DNA of 64,000 bases. It comes from an uncultured Planctomycetaceae bacterium. Its GTDB lineage: Bacteria > Planctomycetota > Planctomycetia > Pirellulales > PALSA-1355. The stretch is taken from positions 162,942 to 226,941 of the forward strand of contig CAWHDQ010000012.1 of the NCBI GenBank assembly GCA_963828155.1, given 5' to 3'. Every line of letters begins with the position of its first letter. Positions within the stretch are counted from its first letter, which is position 1. Shown here piece after piece: positions 57,555 through 64,000 of this stretch. A program made the position numbers and the translations under genes. Under the pieces are notes generated by a model. It did no database searches and was not told the origin of the DNA. It saw only the letters and a program-made list of their open reading frames with translations.

Positions 57555-57717
57555 TCATCCGGCTAACCGCGGGCTTCAGCGACTCATGGCCTCCGGATTC
57601 GAAGCCGGCTTCTGAACAGGCGCCGTGCCGGCTATAATCCGCCTGCTCCCGCGCTGTGGGAATCAACGGCGCCGAAGGTCGTGGCGCTGAATGTCGGCAA
57701 GGAGGCCCGCTGGCGCG

Positions 57718-58563
57718 ATGGCGATTCCCAAGGTCTTGCACCAGACCTGGAAGACTCGGCAATTGCCGGCCGAGTTTGCCGGCTTTCATCGCTCCTGGCA
57801 GTGCTGCCATCCCGATTGGCAATTCCGCATCTACGACGATGCCGATTGCCGACAGCTGGTCGCCGCGCACTACCCGACCCTGCTCGGGCTGTACGACGCA
57901 TATCCAACCAACGTGCAGCGGGCCGACCTGTTCCGCTATCTGGTCGTGCACCTGCAGGGCGGCGTCTATGCCGACGTCGACATGGAGTGCCTGAAGCCCC
58001 TCGGTCCGCTCCTGGACGGGCGCACGTGCGTGCTCGGCATCGAAGCCACGTTTGGCGACTACCTGCGCCGCCGGCAGGGTTACCTGGAACCGTACCGGGT
58101 GGCGAATTGCATTTTCGCCGCCAAGGCCCGGCATCCGTTTTTCTCGCTGCTGATTGAGCGGTTGCCGCGGATCGAGCCCGACCAGCCGCTCAGCCATGCC
58201 TTGGTCGAAGACACGACCGGTCCGCGATTCCTCACGCGACTGTATCAGGCCGAGCACCAGCGGTTTGACGACATTACGCTGCTGCCGCAAATCCATTGGA
58301 TCCCGCCGATGCGGCCGGCCTGGCCCGACTGCTTTCCCTTCAATATCCATATCTACTGCAAACACCACTTCGCCGGCACCTGGACCGATGGCCTCGCGGA
58401 GCACGCCTCGCGCTGGCAGCGGTTCCGCGAGCGGTGGCATCACGCCTGGCCCTGGTTTCTCAGCGATTTGCGGCCGAGTCAGGCGTGGAGGCATCTACGC
58501 CGGGCGTTTGGGCGAGCCGAGGAGCAGAAGGGGAGTGCCGATCCGTCGAAGCTTGCAGCATAG
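57718..58563 (+). CDS. GT32 DXD glycosyltransferase (Och1/Sur1-like)
   Basis: IPKVLHQTWK, RADLFRYLVVHLQGGVYADVD, HPFF, TTGP and H...GTW. Confidence 0.9.
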   Translation: MAIPKVLHQTWKTRQLPAEFAGFHRSWQCCHPDWQFRIYDDADCRQLVAAHYPTLLGLYDAYPTNVQRADLFRYLVVHLQGGVYADVDMECLKPLGPLLDGRTCVLGIEATFGDYLRRRQGYLEPYRVANCIFAAKARHPFFSLLIERLPRIEPDQPLSHALVEDTTGPRFLTRLYQAEHQRFDDITLLPQIHWIPPMRPAWPDCFPFNIHIYCKHHFAGTWTDGLAEHASRWQRFRERWHHAWPWFLSDLRPSQAWRHLRRAFGRAEEQKGSADPSKLAA

Positions 58564-58669
58564 ACGGCTCAAGGCGGGAGGAACGTCGAGCGGCGAGGCG
58601 GCCCACCGTCCGCGGGCTTCGCGGGGTGAAGCGCCGCCGGTGCCTCGTGCAGAACGCGTTCGGCCGTTT

Positions 58670-59393
58670 TTACGCGGCCGCACTGCTGGCCGGGGCGTCG
58701 AGCAGCTCGCACATCCGCAGGAATTGGGCCCCCCCGTGCTCGAAATAGTCGAGCGAGCCGTCCAGGCAATCCAGCGCGACCTGTCCGGTCCGAAAGCGAC
58801 AATCGAGTCGCAGCTTCGTGCGCCGCCAATCGACGAATTCCCAGGGATGCACGAACAACACGACCGGTTCGACTTGGCGGCGGAAGAAGCCGGCTCGAAT
58901 CCAACTCGGCAGCCGCAATACCGACGAGGTAACTGAAGCCGGCACCCGTGCCAACGATGAGGGCCAAGTCGCCCCCATCGACCGTTGCGACTTGTAGCGG
59001 GCTTGCGACGAATCGAGCCGGTACTGCTCGGCCTCGAGGAGCGGCACATAGCGCTCGGGAAATCGCAAGTTCGGCGCGGAACGACACCACGGGCCCAAAT
59101 TGCCGCAAGGTGGCCGTGGCCGTCTGAATCTCGTGCCGGGCCTCCTGCTCGTTGCACGCGTCGAAGCGGCGATGGGTGTCGCCGTGACAACCCAGCTCGT
59201 GCCCCTGGGCGACCATTCCCCGGATCGCAGCCGGAAACCGCCGTGCGACGTCGCCGGTGGTGAAGAACGTGCCGGCAATCCCCCGCCGGGCCAGCAAGGC
59301 CAGCAGCTCGGGCAACCCCTCTTCGATGCCGCGGAACGTCTCCATGAACGGCGGGCAATCCTGTTCCACGTCGCAGGTGAGGCAGACTTTCAT
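58670..59393 (-). CDS. Polysaccharide deacetylase (CE4/NodB-like), frameshift near 59075
   Basis: LTCDVE, TFF.TG, HELGCHGDTH, (F)RAP and HPWEF. Confidence 0.85.
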
Positions 59394-59702
59394 GACGCGT
59401 GTTGGTCCCTCGAGAGGAATGCGACGATCGATTGCTAGCAGGCCCGTGCTCTAAGCGAGCTCGCGCCGGCAAGCCGCGCCTGGCGAGCTGCGTGCCATGT
59501 TTAGCCCCTCGGATGTCCCCAGGTCAAGCAGAGTCGCGCCAGCCCCCTGGCCGGCCACCGCGGGTCCAGGAATCGGCCCGTGCGCGACCGCCAGCCAGAA
59601 TTGATCTTGGGCCGCACGTCGAACCCCGAGTATCCTCTTCCGCCGGCGCGAGTGCCAGCACGACCAATGACAGCACGCGCCATGCGCTTGTGGGCTGCGG
59701 AC

Positions 59703-60810
59703 ATGTCGATGATCACGCGGCACATCCTGTTCGAGTTCCTCAAGGTCTTCTTGACGACGCTGGCCGTCGTCATGATCGCGCTGGTGCTCAGCGACGTCAT
59801 CAAGGAACTGCAGAACCGCGGTTTCCGCCTGCCGCAGATCGTGCTGATTCTGCCGTTCCTGATTCCCTACGCCGTCAAATCGGCCATGCATGGCGCGCTG
59901 CTTTTTGCCGCCTGCAGCGTGTTCGGCCGGATGGCGGCGTCCAATGAGCTGGTCGCCCTGAAGTCGCTCGGCATCCCGCCGCTGAAGGCCATTTGGCCGG
60001 CCATCGCGCTGGCCGCTCCGCTGGGCCTGGCCGCCGTTTATCTCGACGAGATCGACGCCACCTGGGGCGGCAGCGGCATCCAGCAAGTGCTGATCCGGCA
60101 CATCGACGAAATTGCCTACGGCGTCCTGCAGCGGACGCACGTCTACCGCGGGCCGAACTTCGAACTGGTCGTCCAACACGTCGAAGGCCGCAAGCTGATT
60201 CACCCCACGCTGAAGATCCGCCGCGACGGCGAACCGCTGACCATCATCGCCCTCGAGGGCGAGTTGCGGGCCCGACCCGTGTCCGATCAATTGCGGGTGA
60301 TCCTCAACCGCGGAACGATTGTCGGCGACAATTACGAAGGCTCTTTTCCCGATTCGATTGAGCACGACATCACGGTCGAGCGACCCAACCGCGAGGCCTA
60401 TACCTGGGATCGCTGCCAGCGGCAGCGGCAGGTCGTCGAGCGGTTCGAGGGGCAATTGGCGTCCGTGCGCCCGGGAACCCAGCAGCAGGCCCTGGCGGAG
60501 CAACTGGCCGACGCTCAGCGCAGCCTGCGGCAATGCGAAGCCCAATGGCAGCACAAATGGGCCAACGGCTTTTGCTGTTTCTTTTTCGTGCTGATCGGCG
60601 CGCCAGCGGCCATCGTGCTGCGATTCGACAGTTGGCTGGCGAATTTCTTCGCCTGCTTCCTGCCGATCATCGTGGTCTATCAACCGCTCCACAAATTGCC
60701 GATTTACCTGGCCGAGTCGGGCACCCTGCCCTGTTACTGCGTCTGGGGCGCGCAACGCCCTGCTGGCCGTCGCGGGCCTGGTGCTGCTGCGGCGGATCGT
60801 GCGGCACTGA
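59703..60810 (+). CDS. LptF/LptG-family permease, frameshift near 60750
   Basis: IITRHILFE, FGRMAASNELVALKSLGIP and KWA....C..FVLIGAP. Confidence 0.85.
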
Positions 60811-60856
60811 TCGGCCCCCCCGCGCCGGCTTCCGCAGCAGCCCGCGGCGGACCCAT

Positions 60857-61623
60857 TCAACCGGCTTGCCGGCGAGCCAGTTCGGCCTGAGGCAATGGCC
60901 GGCACTGCACGTAGCGGCCGAGGTCGGCATCCCAGGTGTGATCGGGCGACAGGTCGTCGCCGTAGTAATGTTTTAGATAGGCTTCGGTCCGGTGCGGGGC
61001 CGGATATTCGTGTCCCTCGAAGATCAGCCGCCCCAGCGGAAACACCGTGTCCTGCGGCACGCGGAAGATTTCGCCGTGGCAGTCGCGCGGGCGGTGCATC
61101 AGCGAGAGCGGCAGGATTTCCAGTTCGCCGCCGGCGGTTTCCGCGCAGGTGAAGATATCGATGTAGAGTTGCGATTCGCCGTCCAGCAGGCGGAGAAACG
61201 TCTGGCAGGGTAACAGCCGGGCCAGGCCCGGGATGACCTTATCGATCGACCAAAACCGCGAAACCTTGACCAGTCGGTAGGGAGCCTGAAATTGACCGGC
61301 CAGCGCCCACAGCCGCTGGAATTCGGCCAGTGGGATGCAAACATCCAGGTCGTCGTCCCAGGCGATCAGCCGCTGATCGCGGAACGCGCCTAGCAACGTG
61401 CCAGCATCCAGCCAGTAGACGATCCGGCCCGGCGTGGCCACGCGGTCGAATTCGACGAGCGTCGCCACAAGGCACCGCCGCACGTCGGTGTCGGGCAGTT
61501 GGCTGCCCAGCAGCGTGTGGTAGTGCACCCGGCGCCACCACTGCCAGCGAAAAGCCATCCAACCGGCCGCCGCCAAGGCAACCGACAGCGCGTACGCGCG
61601 ACCGACAGCAATAGCATCTTCAT
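60857..61623 (-). CDS. LicD-family phosphotransferase with N-terminal TM anchor; frameshift near 61590
   Basis: YWLDAGTLLGAFR....IAWDDDLDV, IDIF, VFPL and YLKHYYG. Confidence 0.9.
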
Positions 61624-62072
61624 GGTGCGTAAACTCTCCGACAGTTCGCGGATGCGGTCGGAGCGAGCTTGCTCCCTCTTGCAGAAAATACTAGAATTTG
61701 CGGCCAGCGGGAAGGAAGGAATCCTCTGCCCGCCGAAGGCGTCGCGCGCCGGGCCGGATTGCCCGCGCGAGCCGATGCCGCTCGGCTTTCGGCAGCTTGA
61801 AAAGGCGGAAATCCGACGGCACGGCTGCTGCGGCGCCGAGCTGCCGATCGCGGCGAATGGGGCAGCCCAGCTCGGCCGGCATTTCAGGCCGGCCAACGCT
61901 GCCGCTTGACGCGGAATGCGGCCTCGTGGGCCGCGTCGGCGATCGGCGGTGGCCTCTGCGTTCGCTCGCGACGGCTCGCCGGAGCGGGGTCGCTGACGTC
62001 GAGCAGGCCGGGGCATTGCCCTCCGCCGACCGCTGCCGCTCGGTTCGTGCCAAGGATGGGAGACAAGCGACG

Positions 62073-63736
62073 ATGCTCAAGAGCGTGGCACCCGCGACGG
62101 ACCTGCTCGCCGCAACCCGCAAAGCCGCTCGCTTGCGGGCACTGCTCCACTCCGCCCAACTCGAATTCCTGCTCGAAGCCCACAACGGACTGAGCGCCAA
62201 AATCGCCGAGGAGGCCGGCTTCGCCGCGATCTGGGCCAGCGGGCTGGCGCTGTCGGCCCAGTTTGGGGTCCGCGACAGCAACGAAGCCAGTTGGACCCAA
62301 GTGCTCGAGATGCTCGAGTTCATGGCCGACGCCACGACGGTGCCCATCCTGCTCGACGGCGACACCGGCTACGGCAACTTCAACAATGTGCGACGGCTAG
62401 TCCGCAAGCTCGAACAGCGGAACGTCTCGGGCGTCTGCCTGGAAGACAAGCTGTTCCCCAAGACCAACAGCTTCATCGCCGGGCAGTCGCAGGAGCTGGC
62501 CGACGTCGCCGAATTCAGCGGCAAGATCAAGGCCGCCAAGGACGCCCAGCTCGACGATCAATTCGTCGTCGTGGCCCGCGTCGAGGCGTTCATCGCCGGC
62601 CGCGGCGTGGCCGAAGCGCTCCGCCGGGCCGAGGCCTACCAGCAGGCCGGCGCCGACGCGATCCTGATCCATTCGGCCCTCAGCGTGCCGGACGAGGTGC
62701 TCAACTTCAAAGCCGAGTGGGGCGACCGCCTGCCGGTGCTGATCGTGCCGACGAAGTTCTATTCCACGCCGACCGACGTGTTTCGCAGTTACGGCTTTGC
62801 CGCGGCGATCTGGGCCAACCACTTGCTCCGCAGCTCGATCGCGGCGATGGCCGCGACCGCCGAGCTGCTCCACCGCGAGCAACACTTGCATCGCTCGAGG
62901 ACCGTATCGCTCCGCTGGCCGAAGTTTTCCGTCTGCAAGGGGCCGCCGAGCTGCAAGAGGCCGAACGCCGCTACCTGCCCGACACCGCCCACCGCACCGC
63001 CGCCGTCGTGTTGGCCGCCTCGCGCGGGCCGGAGCTGGGTGCCCTGACTGAGAAAATTCCCAAGGCAATGGTCAACGTCGCCGGTAAGCCGCTATTGGCC
63101 CACATCGCCGAAGCCTACCAGCGGGCCGGTATTCGCGACCTGACGGTCGTCCGCGGCTACATGCCCGAGAGTGTCAACGTGCCGCAAGTCCGCTACGTCG
63201 AGAACGAGGCATTCGCCACCACCGGCGAACTGGTTTCGCTCGACAAGGGCTTGGCAAGCATTCTGGCCGGGCAGTCGGTCATCGTTTCCTACGGCGACGT
63301 GCTATTCCGCAAATTCATCCCCGAGGCGCTGGCCGAGCTGGACGAGCCTTTCGCGATTGCGGTCGACACTCTGTGGCGCAAAAGCGCCAACCGGCACCGC
63401 CAGGCCGACTATGTCCGCTGCACGCTGCCCAGCACGGGGCGGCAGAACTATTTCTCGCGCGTCGATCTGGTCGAAATGGGCGAGACGCTCGACCCGGCCC
63501 AAATCGACGGTGAGTGGATGGGCTTTCTCAAGATTTCGCCCGCCGGACTGGCCGTCGTCCGCGAAATCCTGGCCGAGCTGCTCGACGTGCCGGCCCAACA
63601 CACGGCCAAGATGCCGCTCTTGATCAACGAGCTACTCCGGCGCGGACACCAGGTGCGGGTGCTGTACATGACGGGCCATTGGCTCGACGTCGACAGCGTC
63701 GAAGACGTGATCGCCGCGGCCGAGGTCGTCCGATGA
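62073..63736 (+). CDS. pepM: Phosphoenolpyruvate mutase fused to an NTP-transferase (LicC/PntC-like) domain; frameshift near 62890
   Basis: [23 protein letters not shown] and signature [10 protein letters not shown]. Then EVFRLQ...[15 protein letters not shown]...T..IPK, YGD and WLDVD. Confidence 0.95.
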
Positions 63737-64000
63737 TCGCCGCCGATCGCTTCGTCGAAGCCGGCCGCAAGCGGGGCTTCGGGCTCTACACCGGCGTCCC
63801 CTGCTCGTACTTCAAGTCGTTCATCAACTACGTCATCGACAGCACCCGGTTGCGCTACGTCGGCGCCACCAACGAGGGAGACGCCGTGGCGATCGCCGCC
63901 GGCAGCGAGTTGGGCGGCCGGCCGGCGATCGTGCTGATGCAGAACTCCGGCCTGGGCAACGCGGTCAACCCGCTGACCTCGCTGACTGAGACCTTTCGCC
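63733..64000 (+). CDS. ppd: Phosphonopyruvate decarboxylase, 3'-truncated by the window
   Basis: Own translation: MIAADRFVE...YTGVPCSYFK...ATNEGDAVAIAAG...MQNSGLGNAVNPLTSL. ATGA overlap with pepM. Confidence 0.93.
   Translation, partial: MIAADRFVEAGRKRGFGLYTGVPCSYFKSFINYVIDSTRLRYVGATNEGDAVAIAAGSELGGRPAIVLMQNSGLGNAVNPLTSLTETFR

Noticed and set aside
62860..62910. Programmed frameshift between PepM and the NTP-transferase domain
   Set aside because: No slippery sequence is evident, the shift falls within the PepM C-terminal region, and similar indels occur throughout the window.
62073..63047. PepM as an isocitrate or methylisocitrate lyase
   Set aside because: The EDKxxxxxNS signature and the adjacent ppd identify a true PEP mutase.
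1..64000. Many long overlapping or antisense ORFs in the track (e.g. 13000..15288 +, 26234..28204 -, 42122..44110 -, 18144..19844 -)
   Set aside because: Shadow ORFs expected in high-GC DNA. They are Arg/Pro/Ala-rich, lack motifs and lie over well-supported genes.

Overview
High-GC bacterial DNA, almost certainly a planctomycete (Pirellulales-like): it carries DUF1592/1588/1552, DUF1501, DUF1549/1553 and Planc_extracel proteins. About half of the genes contain 1-bp frameshifts, most likely uncorrected long-read errors, so several CDS boundaries are approximate. Positions 1-47 kb hold planctomycete-type secreted, heme and HEAT proteins, a Ser/Thr kinase, a CocE/NonD hydrolase, a sugar-acid catabolic cluster, a large surface protein and several palindromic repeats. 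They also hold a 1,155-bp LRR-gene cassette bounded by a perfect 49-bp duplication of the DUF1501 3' end, and an array of small paralogous 'RFSLRTLL-leader' genes around a complete IS5 element. The highlight is 47.2-64 kb, which runs off the window end. It joins an inositol-lipid core (Aur1/IPC-synthase-like, Ino1, PI(P) synthase-GtrA fusion, YqeG phosphatase), three glycosyltransferases (GT4, GT-A, GT32/Sur1-like), a deacetylase, lipid export genes (flippase, MsbA-like ABC, orphan LptF/G), LicD and phosphonate genes (PepM-nucleotidyltransferase fusion, Ppd). Together these suggest a bacterial phosphonate-decorated glycoinositol (sphingo)lipid analogous to eukaryotic GIPC/GIPL. No rRNA, tRNA or CRISPR array was recognised.
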